DNA of 64,000 nucleotides, taken from positions 15,004,001 to 15,068,000 of the forward strand of contig NC_135830.1 in the NCBI RefSeq assembly GCF_964213995.1, in the 5' to 3' direction. The notes below the pieces were generated by a model. The model had not been told where the DNA came from. It made no database searches and saw only the letters and a list, made by a program, of their open reading frames with translations. This document shows positions 11,476 to 22,930 of this stretch, in pieces (positions within the stretch are counted from its first letter, which is position 1; each line of letters begins with the position of its first letter). Position numbers and translations under genes: made by a program. This DNA is from Mustelus asterias (Eukaryota).

Positions 11476-12739
11476 TCAGTTAAATCTCACACAGAACACG
11501 GGTACAGTCTCTCCCGCTGTGAATGCTGCGATGTATTTTCAGGCTGTGTAACTGGTTAAAGCTCTTTCCACACTCAGTGCACTGGAACACTCTCACTCGG
11601 GTGTGTGTATCTCAGTGCATTTCTAGTCACAGTGATGTTTACAATCTTTTGAAGCCAAGAGGCCAAACAAACATTTCTCCTGCTAGATTCAAAGGCCAAT
11701 GATATTCAGGTCTCAAGAAATCGAGTCACTCTGTCAGATCTAGGTGTGATGTTGGAGATTTCTGTCTGATTTCTCCTTGTCTAATATCCTGTAAGTCAAT
11801 TTAGAAAAAAAACATCACAATTCAGAATACGATCGAAATTCAAATCTACATTTCTAGTTTCTATGGAGCATTCATTAAAGACACAGTCATGGAGCATTAA
11901 ACTTGCCCAGCAGGGCCTCCCATATCAGCACACAGGCAGCTGCTTTGTGAGACTGCCCGCAGTACAGACAAGTCAGAGATAAGGGTGTCCTCAGAAGTGG
12001 GATTCATTGTGAAAGCTCAGGGACGGTTGATAAGATGCAGCAATTCTATGATTCTAATGAACATTCTTTCCTCTCTCATTCCCCAAAAGCTGTAAATCTC
12101 CATCCCACACACTCTCCCTCCATTCTCACTCTGCTGTATCTAATATTCACCCTCCCAATTCTCCTGAAGGTGCTGATTGAGGCTGATTGACAGATCCATG
12201 CTCACTGCTTCCTGTCCAGCACAGAAATCATAACAAATAGGAGCTGCAGTCAGCATTCGGCCCATCGAGTCTGCTCAACCATTCATTGAGATTATTGGTT
12301 GATCTACCTCTGCATTATTTTCCCCACACTGCCCCCATATCCATCGATATCTTCAATATCTAGAAACCTATCAATCCCTCTCTTGAAAATTTTTGATGAC
12401 TGAGGCTCTATAGTCCTCTGGGGTAGAGAATCCAAAACATCACCACATCCTTGAGTGAAGAAATCCTTCCTCATCTGAGCTTTCTCTCCATTTTCCAGCC
12501 TGTTCCCAATAATTATTGACTCCCTTGTCATTCAAAAACTGTCTAACTCATCCTTGAATATATTCAATCCCTCCACTGGTCCCTATGGAAGAGAAATCTA
12601 GATACTAACAATTCTCTGAGGGAAGAGATTGTTGGAAATATAAAATATAGCTGCAGTCCAAAATTACACAGCCAGATATAATAAGTGCATTGTATTACAG
12701 AGCTTAAATAATATATCGAATCTGTACCATATAACAACA

Positions 12740-13042
12740 GGGGAGCTGATAGCCTTGTGGTATTATCGCTAGACTATTAATCCAGAAACTTAGCTGATAC
12801 TCTGGGGACTCAGGTTCGAATCCTGCCACGGCAGATGGTGGAATTTGAGTTTAAGGGAAGGAAATCTGCCGTCCTTACCCAGTCTGGCCTACATGTGACT
12901 CCAGAGCCACAGCAATGTGGTTGACTCTCAACCATCCTCCGAAATGGCCCAGCGAGCCATTCAGTTCAAGGGCAATTAGGGATGGGCAATAAATGCTGGC
13001 CCAGCCTGCAATGCCCGTGTCCCAAGGATGAATTAAAAAAAA
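12740..13042 (+). mobile_element. Second-family tRNA-derived SINE
   Basis: A box tagccttgtgg, B box ggttcgaatcc, family core and A-rich end. Confidence 0.75.
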
Positions 13043-13512
13043 CCAACATCAGACACATCTCTGTCCTATATTAGTTTACTGTCCCCTTTAATATATTTCA
13101 GAAACCAGATGGGCACATGAAGGAAATAAAGTTGCAGGGGAAAGGGAATATAGAAAGGGAATGGGACTGACTGGATTGTTCTACAAAGAGTCGGCATGGA
13201 TTCGAGTTGCTGAATGGACTCCTTCTGCGCTGTAATGACTCGATGAGTGGAAATATATAACATAGCTTCAGTGCTACATTACAAAACGAGAAATAATAAT
13301 AAATGTACTTTGTTACAGAACCATAAATATTATACCAAATCTACAATGTAACAACACTCGACATATCTCTGTCCTATATTAATTTATTGTTCTCTTAAAT
13401 GTCAGCCATCTCCTGGGGAAACCAGCCCTTTAATTGTGAACATTAGGAAAGGGACCATCCTTTTAGCCAGACAAATCAATGTGTCAAGCTGAGGGAGCAA
13501 AGGATGTCAATG

Positions 13513-15081
13513 AGAAGTGATTGCAGAGCCTCTGGCTCTGATCTTCAGGTCGTCGTTGGCCTCTGGTATAGTACCAGAAGATTGGAGGTTAGCGAATGTT
13601 GTCCCATTGTTTAAGTTGGCCTCTGGTATAGTACCAGAAGATTGGAGGTTAGCGAATGTTGTCCCATTGTTTAAGAAGGGGAACAGAGACTTCCCCGGGA
13701 ATTATAGACCGGTGAGTCTCACTTCTGTTGTCGGCAAGATGTTGGAAAAAATTATAAGGGATAGGATTTATAGTTATTTGGAGAGTAATGAATTGATAGG
13801 TGATAGTCAGCATGGTTTTGTGGCAGGTAGGTCGTGCCTTACTAACCTTATTGAGTTTTTTGAGAAAGTGACCAAGGAGGTGGATGGGGGCAAGGCAGTG
13901 GACGTGGTATATATGGATTTTAGTAAGGCGTTTGATAAGGTTCACCATGGTAGGCTTCTGCAGAAAATGCAGATGTATGGGATTGGGGGTGATCTAGGAA
14001 ATTGGATCAGGAATTGGCTAGCGGATAGGAAACAGAGGGTGGTGGTTGATAGTAAATATTCATCATGGAGTGCGGTTACAAGTGGTGTACCTCAGGGATC
14101 TGTTTTGGGGCCACTGCTGTTTGTAATATTTATTAATGATCTGGATGAGGGTATAGTTGGGTGGATTAGCAAATTTGCTGATGACACCAAAGTCGGTGGT
14201 GTGGTAGACAGTGAGGAAGGGTGTCGTAGTTTGCAGGAAGACTTAGACAGGTTGCAAAGTTGGGCCGAGAGGTGGCGGATGGAGTTTAATGCGGAGAAGT
14301 GTGAGGTAATTCACTTTGGTAGGAATAACAGATGTGTTGAGTATAGGGCTAACGGGAGGACTTTGAATAGTGTGGAGGAGCAGAGGGATCTAGGTGTATG
14401 TGTGCATAGATCCCTGAAAGTTGGGAATCAAGTAGATAAGGTTGTTAAGAAGGCATATGGTGTCTTGGCGTTTATTGGTAGGGGGATTGAATTTAGGAGT
14501 CGTAGCGTTATGTTGCAACTGTACACAACTCTGGTGCGGCCGCACTTGGAGTACTGTGTGCAGTTCTGGTCCCCACATTACAGGAAGGATGTGGAGGCTT
14601 TGGAGAGGGTGCAGAGGAGGTTTACCAGGATGTTGCCTGGTATGGAGGGGAGATCCTATGAGGAGAGGCTGAGGGATTTGGGATTGTTTTCGCTGGAAAG
14701 GCGGCGGCTAAGAGGGGATCTTATTGAAGCATATAAGATGATTAGAGGTTTAGATAGGGTGGATAGTGATAGCCTTTTTCCTCTGATGGAGAAATCCAGC
14801 ACGAGGGGGCATGGCTTTAAATTGAGGGGGGGTAGTTATAGAACCGATGTCAGGGGTAGGTTCTTTACCCAGAGGGTGGTGAGGGATTGGAATGCCCTGC
14901 CAGCATCAGTAGTAAATGCGCCTAGTTTGGGGGCGTTTAAGAGATCCGTAGATAGGTTCATGGACGAAAAGAAATTGGTTTAGGTTGGAGGGTCACAGTT
15001 TTTTTGTTTTTTTTTAACTGGTCGGTGCAACATCGTGGGCCGAAGGGCCTGTTCTGCGCTGTAATGTTCTATGTTCTATGT
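13513..15081 (+). mobile_element. Young 5'-truncated CR1 LINE (open 488-aa RT/C-terminus), TSD TCAATG
   Basis: QGSVLGP and FADD motifs, (TTCTATG)n tail, tcaatg at 13507-13512 and 15082-15087; empty paralogous site at ~29740. Confidence 0.95.
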
Positions 15082-15429
15082 TCAATGTCTTTAAGTCAGA
15101 AAGAGAGAGACCTGGGCCAACCTTTCCAGAGTGTGCAGCCTCCCTGGATTCACTTCCTTTCCCTTCAGTTGCTGCAAGTCCCCAATTTCCCCCAGAATGA
15201 GAAAAGAATTGGAAAGGGGGATAAAAGAAAGTGTTTTACTCACAGATGTGGGAGACAGAAGGAAGTTTGAATCTGTCTGTACTCAATCTTCATTCAGAGA
15301 GACCTCTTTTTAGGTCAAACCAAGTAAACAAACTCAAATTAAATCAGGACTAAGTAAAAGGGGCAGCTCCCCAAAAAGGAGGGGGAACAGCCCGAACAGA
15401 AATCAAAATGCAAAGGAAACTTAAAAACA

Positions 15430-18400
15430 TCAAATTAAAATGTGATTATCAGGGTCAATAATGCACCCCAACCCCTGCGGTGCCCAGCGGGCGCGGAAAG
15501 CGTCAACCTCGCCCGTGGACACCGCATGCTCCCTCTCCAGGGACACCTGGCCGCGAACGTAGCCGCGGTAGAGGGGAAGACAGTCAGGATGGACGGCCCC
15601 CTCGATCGCCCGCTGCCTGGACCGGTAAATGGCGCGTTTCGCCAGGCCCAGGAGCAGGTTCACGAGGAGGTCGCCATCCCGACCCTCCCCTCTCCGCACC
15701 GGGTGTCCGTAGATCAGGAGCGTGGGACTGAAGTGTAAACAAAACATCAATAAAAGGTTCTTCAGGAAAACATAAAGGGAGTGCAGCCTAAGACACTCAA
15801 CATAGACATGGTCCACGGACTCCACAAGGCCACAGAAAGGGCAGTCTTCGGAGCCCGTGAACCAGTGAATCCTACGGTTGTGCGGAACTGCTGCATGCAT
15901 CACCCTCCACCCCAGGTCCCCGACGTAATTGGGGGAGATCCCTCCGTAGAGGGACCTCCAGCGGGGACCTCCGCCGCCCGGCGGCAACAAGGCCCGCCAA
16001 GGTGTATCCGGGCGACAGGCGAGGAGGCGGTAGTGGAGGGTGTGCAGCAGCAGCCCGCACAGGAAACGCCTCCGCGCGGTAGAAAAAGGCACGGAGGGCA
16101 TTTCCGCGAGGCGGCTCAGGCTGTGGGGCACCTCACCCAGGGGAGGGGGCTGAGGCTTTGGGCCAATGTGGAATTCCGCCCGAACAGGGGAACGCTCGGG
16201 CGGGATCCCACCGCACGCCTGCGCCGCCTCGAGTTTGCGTGCAGTTTCGGGGCCGAGCACGACCGTCCTAAGGTCTAGGATGGCTTTGGCCGCGCGCCGG
16301 ACGGACGTCCCCGTGCGCTCAGCCAGCACGCGGGGACTCATCCAGCCCGCTCCTCCGCCATCGAGCACGTCCCCGATTCTGGTCACCCCGGCGTCCACAG
16401 CCCCCCTCTCCGCCAGCCACCTGAAGTTATACGGCTGGAGGAGCGGATTCCTGAGCAGCGGCTCTCGCACAAGAGCCGCTACTCCTGACGGGGGAGAGCT
16501 GCGTCGCGAGGCGACCTTGTTCCAGACAGTGAGGAGGTCCTGGTAAAAGACGGGCAACTCCTGCAGGGCGGTCGAAGCACGCCCCAGTTCGATATGCAGG
16601 AGCTGCACGTCATAATTGAGGCCGTGCCACTGGCGGAAGAAATACGTCGCCATGGCACACCACTGTGGAGGGGGCTCAACGTAAAGGTACCTCTGCAGGG
16701 CCTGGAGGCGGAAGGTCGCTATCTGAGTGCGGAGGCACACCAGACTTTGTCCGCCCTCCTCAAGCGGGAGATACAGGACCGCAGCAGGGACCCAGTGCAG
16801 TCGATTGCCCCAGAAGAACCGCACGAGGGTTCTCTGGATATCGGTGACAAAGCCAGGGGGAGGGGTCAAAGGGACCAGCCGGTACCACAGCATGGAGGCG
16901 ACCAGCTGGTTTATGACGCGAGCTCGCGCCCCGTAGGACAGCACTCGGAGCAGTCCTGTCCAGCGACCCAGGCGGGCGGAGACTTTGGCCTCCAGCTCCC
17001 GCCAGTTCGCCGGCCAGGATTCCTCGGCTGGGCAGAGATGGGCCCCCAAGTAGAGGAGGTTGGTCCTGCTCCAGGTGAAAGGCCTGAGCTCCTCCGGAAG
17101 GGGGTCCGTCTCCCAAGGACCGACAAGGAGTCCGGAGCACTTGGCCCAGTTGATCCTGGCGGAGGACGCGGCGGAGTACACCGCCTGGCATTCTCGCATC
17201 CTCCGCAGGTCAGCCGGGTCCGTGAACATGAGGAGCACGTCGTCGGCGTAAGCTGACAGGACCACCCCTACGTCCGGTCCGCGCAGGACCAAACCTGACA
17301 ACCTCCTCCGCAAGAGGCGCAGGAATGGCTCCACGCATACGGAATACAGTTGGCCGGACAAGGGGCAGCCCTGCCGTACTCCTCTCCCGAAGCGAAGGGG
17401 CGCCGTCAGGGACCCGTTAACCTTAATCAGACACTCTGCGGCAGAGTACAGTAATCGGATCCGGGCGACAAAATGCGTCCCGAACCCGAATGCCCGCAGA
17501 GTCCCGAGTAAATACTCGTGCTCCACCCTGTCGAACGCCTTCTCCTGATCTAATGACAAGAAGGCGCCCGACAGACCAGCCCTCTGGGTGTGATGGATTA
17601 GGTCCCGGACCAGGTGGAGATTGTCATGTATGCAACGGCCCGGGACCGTGTAGGACTGGTCAGGGTGGATCAAGTGGTCCAGCACGGATCCAAGGCGTGA
17701 AGCCATAGCCCTGGCAAAGATTTTATAATCCGTGCTGAGGAGGGAGACCGGGCGCCAGTTCTTGAGCAGGTGGAGATCCCCCTTCTTGGGCAGCAGGGCA
17801 ATGACGGCCCTGCGCCACGAAAGGGGCATCTCCCCGGTAGCGACGCTCTCCCCCAGGACCCCCGCGTAGTCGCTCCCCAGGACGTCCCAGAACGCCCTGA
17901 AGAACTCTACTGTCAGCCCGTCCAGCCCAGGGGCCTTGCCCCGGCTGAGGCCATTTAGGGCGCCGGTCAGCTCGGCCATGGTGGTAGGGGCCTCGAGCCT
18001 GCCGACGCCCTCCGGGCCGACCTGCGGCAGGTCCTCCCACAGAAGTCTGCGGGCATCCTCGCTGGACGGATCCGGAGAGAAGAGCGAGGTGTAATACTCC
18101 CGGGCAATGGCCCGGATGCCCTCCGGATCCGAGACGGGGGAACCGTCGTCGGCCAGCAGCGTAAGGAGCTGCTGACGGTTAGCCCGCCCTCTTTCCAGCG
18201 AGTAGAAGAAGGGGGAGCCGCGGTCCAGGTCCACCTGGAACTGGAGCCGCGACCTCACGTACGCGCCGCGAGACCTGGCAAGCTGCAGGTCCCGCAGTGC
18301 GTCCTTCTTCTCCCTGTACTCCGAACGCAGGGCCGGGTCCGCGTCAGGCCGACTGAGACGTGCCTCCAGGTCGAGCACCTCCTTCTCCAACTCCTCGAGC

Positions 18401-19323
18401 CTGGATTTCCGCCTCTTTGTCGACCCCCTCGCGTACCCCTGACAGAAGGTACGGACGTGAGTCTTGCCCACATCCCACCAGAGCCTCAAGGAGGGGAAGC
18501 CTCCCCGCTTCCTTCTCCAGCCGGCCCAGAATCGACGGAACGAGTCCAGGAAGCGCTCGTCCTCCAGCAGCGTGTTGTTAAAGTGCCAGTACGCGGACCC
18601 CCGCCGGATGCGAGACGGCGCAAAGTCCGCCCACACCAGGCTGTGGTCCGTGCTCGACACCGGCCGCATGGAGACCGAGGACACGCCGGACACGTGCGCC
18701 TTCGAAATGTAAAGGCGGTCGAGCCTGGACGCTCCGACTCCAGGCCTCACGAAAGTGAAGGCGCTGGAGCCAGGATGGAGATGTCTCCAGACGTCCACCA
18801 AGTCGTGGGACCCGATCAGGTCCCGCAACTTCACCACCGCCGGAGTGCGCAGCCAGGGGCCGGTGCGGTCCCGTGCCTCGAGGATGCAGTTGAAATCTCC
18901 CCCGAGGATAATGCATTCGCCCCCCGCGATGGTGTCGATGTGAGCGGACACTTTCTCGTAGAAAGTCGTTTGCTGCGGTCCAGCGGTCGGGGCGTAGACA
19001 TTCAGCAAGTGAATGACCACGCCCCCCTCACGGACCGTCAAGTGCAGCAACCGGCCTGGCACCGGCTCCTTGACCCCCAAGATCTCCGGCTTATAATGCG
19101 GGGCCAACAAGATAGCCACCCCGCAAGAAGCGAGCGTGAGGTGGCTCATGTAGACCCCCCCTCGCCACTCCAGGAGCCATTGGGCTTCGTCTCCCGGAAC
19201 GGTGTGGGTTTCCTGCAGGAAACACACCGCATACTTCCCGTCACGGAGGACCGAGAAGTTCTGGAACCTGCGGTGTGGCCCACTGCTGCCGTTGATGTTG
19301 AGGCTGGCTATGGTCACCTTCAT
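15430..19323 (-). CDS. Tx1 ORF2: APE endonuclease, reverse transcriptase and C-terminal Cys/His motif
   Basis: 1297 aa; SLNING, LQETH, GGDFN, RLDR, TDH; GVRQGCPLS, YADD; CPFC..H...C. Confidence 0.97.
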   Translation of the reverse strand: MKVTIASLNINGSSGPHRRFQNFSVLRDGKYAVCFLQETHTVPGDEAQWLLEWRGGVYMSHLTLASCGVAILLAPHYKPEILGVKEPVPGRLLHLTVREGGVVIHLLNVYAPTAGPQQTTFYEKVSAHIDTIAGGECIILGGDFNCILEARDRTGPWLRTPAVVKLRDLIGSHDLVDVWRHLHPGSSAFTFVRPGVGASRLDRLYISKAHVSGVSSVSMRPVSSTDHSLVWADFAPSRIRRGSAYWHFNNTLLEDERFLDSFRRFWAGWRRKRGGFPSLRLWWDVGKTHVRTFCQGYARGSTKRRKSRLEELEKEVLDLEARLSRPDADPALRSEYREKKDALRDLQLARSRGAYVRSRLQFQVDLDRGSPFFYSLERGRANRQQLLTLLADDGSPVSDPEGIRAIAREYYTSLFSPDPSSEDARRLLWEDLPQVGPEGVGRLEAPTTMAELTGALNGLSRGKAPGLDGLTVEFFRAFWDVLGSDYAGVLGESVATGEMPLSWRRAVIALLPKKGDLHLLKNWRPVSLLSTDYKIFARAMASRLGSVLDHLIHPDQSYTVPGRCIHDNLHLVRDLIHHTQRAGLSGAFLSLDQEKAFDRVEHEYLLGTLRAFGFGTHFVARIRLLYSAAECLIKVNGSLTAPLRFGRGVRQGCPLSGQLYSVCVEPFLRLLRRRLSGLVLRGPDVGVVLSAYADDVLLMFTDPADLRRMRECQAVYSAASSARINWAKCSGLLVGPWETDPLPEELRPFTWSRTNLLYLGAHLCPAEESWPANWRELEAKVSARLGRWTGLLRVLSYGARARVINQLVASMLWYRLVPLTPPPGFVTDIQRTLVRFFWGNRLHWVPAAVLYLPLEEGGQSLVCLRTQIATFRLQALQRYLYVEPPPQWCAMATYFFRQWHGLNYDVQLLHIELGRASTALQELPVFYQDLLTVWNKVASRRSSPPSGVAALVREPLLRNPLLQPYNFRWLAERGAVDAGVTRIGDVLDGGGAGWMSPRVLAERTGTSVRRAAKAILDLRTVVLGPETARKLEAAQACGGIPPERSPVRAEFHIGPKPQPPPLGEVPHSLSRLAEMPSVPFSTARRRFLCGLLLHTLHYRLLACRPDTPWRALLPPGGGGPRWRSLYGGISPNYVGDLGWRVMHAAVPHNRRIHWFTGSEDCPFCGLVESVDHVYVECLRLHSLYVFLKNLLLMFCLHFSPTLLIYGHPVRRGEGRDGDLLVNLLLGLAKRAIYRSRQRAIEGAVHPDCLPLYRGYVRGQVSLEREHAVSTGEVDAFRARWAPQGLGCIIDPDNHILI

Positions 19324-19344
19324 GTCAGCAGCTTTGTGCCACCG

Positions 19345-21450
19345 TCACCACTTAACTAGGTGTGTGGGGGGCGCTGGCGCAATTCTCACCAGTCCACCCC
19401 CCACCTTTTCGAGCCTGTGGAGGAACCGCAGTACCCAGCGCCGCTCTATTTTCTCCAGGCCCGCGGAGGCATGCGAGCATGCCTTCACGGACCGGACGAG
19501 CCGCGCCAGGTCCGGCCAGCGGCCGAGGGCTAGCCGGATTATGTCGGAGCGACCGGAATGGCTACGGATAAAGACCCTGAGGTCCTTGGAGGGGATGAGG
19601 GACAACTCGGTGGGGGGCACGAGGGAGTCCCCCGCCTCGCTCTGGGCAGACTCTGAAAGTGTCCCCGTGCCCTCCACCGAGCCGCTGACCTCCTCAGGGC
19701 GGTCGCCCCTCGACTCCGAGTCCCCCGCCGCAGGACGTACGGCGGGCGGCACGGAGCCACCAACTAGCCCTAGCCCCTCCCCGATCCCACCCCCAGGATC
19801 GGTGGAGGAGGGGTTCCCCCCGGGCTCACCTTTCCCGGATTGCGGGCCCCCGTGCGACGGCGGCCCAGCCGCCCCCCCCGCCCCAGACGCTTGGACACCC
19901 CCCAGGTCCGGTGTATCCTTCGGACTGAGGTTGGGGATGTCCAGCGTCCAAGGTCGGGACGGAGAGGACGAGTGGATCGTCTCTTCGCCGCCGCCGCACG
20001 AGGACATGAACATTGGAGTGTCGCCCCAGTCCCCCGACAGACTGAAGAAGAACTCCGGGTTGTAACCGGCCGGGTGGAACGGAACCGTGGGGGCCCCGCT
20101 ACCACCCGGCCCCGGAGACTCCTCGCCGGGGGACTGAGGCAACACATGCTTGGATTTACAGGGTGCCTTGCCCCCTTTTTTCGCGGGACAAGGCACAAAG
20201 ACAGGTGGGGGCACGGCAGGAGATGACTCACAAGGGGGGAGGGGCACGCAGACCTCGAACTCTACGGTGCCCGAGGGGCCCCGCCTCTTTTTGTTAACCT
20301 GCCCTCGGGCAGGCGAGACCCCTCGCCCTCCGCCCCTCTTCGCCTTGCCGCGCCCCCCCTGCTCTCCCGTCACTTCCCCCCGAGGTGGCGGCGTCGCCAG
20401 TTTTGCCGGCTCGGGGTCGCTTACCCCCCCATGCTCGGGCCCATGATCCCGGGCGCCGGACCCAGCACTAGGCCCCGGAGAGCCCACGGGCCCGGCAGAT
20501 GGTGGTGGTGGTGGGGGGGGGGGGGCGCAGGTGGAGACTGAGGCGGTCCCCGAGCCGGCTGCCGGGGTGGTTGGGGTGTTTTCCCTGGGGGCCGGGGTTC
20601 CGGTACCCCCCTTCTTTTTTGTAGGTCCCTTCTGGGCCTTTTGGCCGCGCGGGGGCTCCGCTCCCCCCCCGCCGGCAGCTGAGGTGGCAGCTGCTGCCGG
20701 CGTGGCCTCCCCTCGCGGGGGGGCAGATGGTACTCGCTTGGGGGGAGAGGGGGCTGCGGTGCCAGCTGCGGCCGCCTTGGGTTGGTGGTCGGCGGCCTTG
20801 GAGACGGGGCAGTTTTTCCTCACGTGCCCCGCCTCCTTACAGGCATGGCACCGCACACCGTCCGCGGACCAAAAGACCCGGTACGTGGTCCCCTCGTGGG
20901 GGACATTGAACCCTCCCTCCAGTTCCTCCTCCCGGGCCAGGCGGACAAAAACCTGGCGCCGGAAGGAGTATATGTGGCGGAGGGAGGGGTCCCGAAGGCC
21001 GAGCGGGATCGGCTGCACCCCGGACCTGACCTCCCCCAGTAGATGGAGGTGGGGGAGGAGGAGCTCACTTGGTAGGAAGGGCGGGACGTTCGATATTACT
21101 ATCTTGTGGGCGGTGGCCTCCAATGGGTCCACCGCCAGGAACGTCCCGCCCACCGTGAGCCCCTTTTCCAGGGCGAGGCGAACCGCCCGCTCGGCCTTCA
21201 GGAAGAATACGGCCCGGCCGTACATCTTAGAGGCCGCGACAATGGCTGAGGGGCCGACAACCCCAGCCATTGCCTTAACGCAGGCCTCGATAGACATGTC
21301 GGGGTGGGCGTAGCACTTCACCCCGAGCTGCCGCGTGATTAAAGAGAATGGCGGCAGGGCCTTGGGAGCGGCGGGGGCTCTGGCAGCCGCCACGCCCGCA
21401 TAGGTGGGCCGAGAAGGCCCTGCCACCGGCGACGCTGGTGATGTCGCCAT
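19345..21450 (-). CDS. Tx1 ORF1 (gag-like, CCHC zinc knuckle, Pro/Gly-rich tail)
   Basis: 701 aa containing CHACKEAGHVRKNC; ends 21 nt before the ORF2 ATG. Confidence 0.93.
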   Translation of the reverse strand: MATSPASPVAGPSRPTYAGVAAARAPAAPKALPPFSLITRQLGVKCYAHPDMSIEACVKAMAGVVGPSAIVAASKMYGRAVFFLKAERAVRLALEKGLTVGGTFLAVDPLEATAHKIVISNVPPFLPSELLLPHLHLLGEVRSGVQPIPLGLRDPSLRHIYSFRRQVFVRLAREEELEGGFNVPHEGTTYRVFWSADGVRCHACKEAGHVRKNCPVSKAADHQPKAAAAGTAAPSPPKRVPSAPPRGEATPAAAATSAAGGGGAEPPRGQKAQKGPTKKKGGTGTPAPRENTPTTPAAGSGTASVSTCAPPPPPPPPSAGPVGSPGPSAGSGARDHGPEHGGVSDPEPAKLATPPPRGEVTGEQGGRGKAKRGGGRGVSPARGQVNKKRRGPSGTVEFEVCVPLPPCESSPAVPPPVFVPCPAKKGGKAPCKSKHVLPQSPGEESPGPGGSGAPTVPFHPAGYNPEFFFSLSGDWGDTPMFMSSCGGGEETIHSSSPSRPWTLDIPNLSPKDTPDLGGVQASGAGGAAGPPSHGGPQSGKGEPGGNPSSTDPGGGIGEGLGLVGGSVPPAVRPAAGDSESRGDRPEEVSGSVEGTGTLSESAQSEAGDSLVPPTELSLIPSKDLRVFIRSHSGRSDIIRLALGRWPDLARLVRSVKACSHASAGLEKIERRWVLRFLHRLEKVGGGLVRIAPAPPTHLVKW

Positions 21451-21835
21451 TGTATCAGGGGAAGTGCTACGCCCACCCCGAGACTGCCCAGATGCACGGC
21501 AGGGCGTATGTGGGATGGGGAAGATAAGGCAGGGTGGGGTAGGCGGGGAAGGGTGTAGGTGCTCTCTCCCCGGAGCGAGAGAGGGAGAGAGGAGGTTGGA
21601 GGAGCAGGAGGGAGATGAGGCACAAGGCCGGTGCCCCAGTCAGGAGGGAAAAGGGGAGGGGGTCCCGGTCCCGGGGGCAGCAGTAGTGGGTAGGGGAAAT
21701 AGGAAAGGTCTTCACCCCCCCCACTGCAGATGGAAAAGAGACAGTCCAAACGCCTTCGCCCCCCCTCTCCTCCAGTCACTCCCTGTCCTCTCTTCCTCCC
21801 TCCCCCCGGGGAGAGCGCACCCTCCAGAGGCCGGA

Positions 21836-22225
21836 TGGCAGGCAGTCAGGCAGTCCAGACGGCAGGCAGGCTAGACGGCAAGCAGGCAGGCAGGCAGTCC
21901 AGACGGCAGACAGCCCAGACAGCAGGCAGGCAGGCAGTCCAGACGGCAGGCAGGTAGGTAAGCAGGCCAGACGGCAGGCAGGCAGGTAAGCAGGCCAGAC
22001 GGCAGGCAGGCAGGTAGGCAGGCCAGACGGCAGGCAGGCAGGTAAGCAGGCCAGACGGCAGGCAGGCAGGTAAGCAGGCCAGGCGGCAGGCAGGCAGGTA
22101 AGCAGGCCAGGCGGCAGGCAGGCCAGGCGACAGGCAGGCAGGCCAGGCGGCAGGCCAGGCAACAGGCAGGCAGGCCAGGCGACAGGCAGGCAGGTCAGGC
22201 GACAGGCAGGCCAGGCAACAGGCAG
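21836..22225. repeat. (GGCA)-based minisatellite in the Tx1 5'UTR
   Basis: ~24-28 bp units such as caggccagacggcaggcaggcaggtaag. Confidence 0.9.
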
Positions 22226-22354
22226 CAGCTCACCTCCCTCCCAAAGTTTCCGCCCGGTTCCGACCCGGGGCCCTCCGCTACACGGGCGAACACGAATCCA
22301 CCTCACCCCGGAAACAAAACTGGGTGTTGTCCGAGAGGAGGCACGTCTCAGGCC

Positions 22355-22930
22355 GTCTGAAGCTCAATCTTCATTCAGAGAGAGAGCAGCAGTTAGTTTT
22401 GCTGGGCAGGAATGAGCAGCTGAACAAGCTCATTGTCCACTTCCGCATTCAGACAATGGAGGAGCGTTGATTGGCTGGAGGCTGGAGTCCTTCCGGTCCT
22501 CCAGGATGCCCATTGGCCAGAGCCTGTGAGAGGCAGGACCGGAGCAGAGTCCTTCCGGTCCTCCAGAGTTCCCATTGGTCAATCCCCCGCAGACAGACAA
22601 TGAGGGGCGGAGCCCCACGTGGGGGTGGGCGGGACTTTGCCCTCCAGCCGCGCTGAGCTGTTGTCCAAGGGGAAAGGCTGGAAGACCCGGACAGACAATG
22701 GTCAGTGCGCCGGCTTTGTCCGGGCCCCGCCCCACACCCGCACATGCGCATTTACCCTAAAAACTCGCACATGCGCATTTTTGATTCACTGTCTAGCTCT
22801 GGCCAATGAGAAGAGTTGGAGGACCGGAAGGCCTCAGGTTTCCCAGCCAATCGGAGCGTGGCTTTTTTGCGTGAATGAAGATAGGGCATCAGACAGACTG
22901 AAACTTCCTCCTGTTCCAACATCTGTGAGT
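22355..22930. promoter_or_regulatory. Predicted bidirectional promoter for ZNF3(-)/ZNF4(+) with the ZNF4 exon-1 donor CT|GTGAGT at 22925
   Basis: Inverted paralog of 2860-3285; CCAAT, CCGGAAG, GCACATGCGCA x2, GGGCGG boxes. Confidence 0.7.

Larger units (their letters stand above)
15303..22354 (-). mobile_element. Full-length Tx1-clade non-LTR retrotransposon with intact ORF1 and ORF2
   Basis: GC/CpG-rich 7-kb block flanked by direct repeat ctcaatcttcattcagagaga (15282-15302 and 22363-22383); ORF2 of Tx1/L1 type. Confidence 0.95.

Noticed and set aside
21836-22225. CRISPR-like array (also considered 54684-54762 and the finger repeats)
   Set aside because: No unique spacers; eukaryotic minisatellites or coding repeats
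15442-22306. Many overlapping or antisense ORFs of 60-300 aa in the Tx1
   Set aside because: Expected from high GC content and the minisatellite; no motifs
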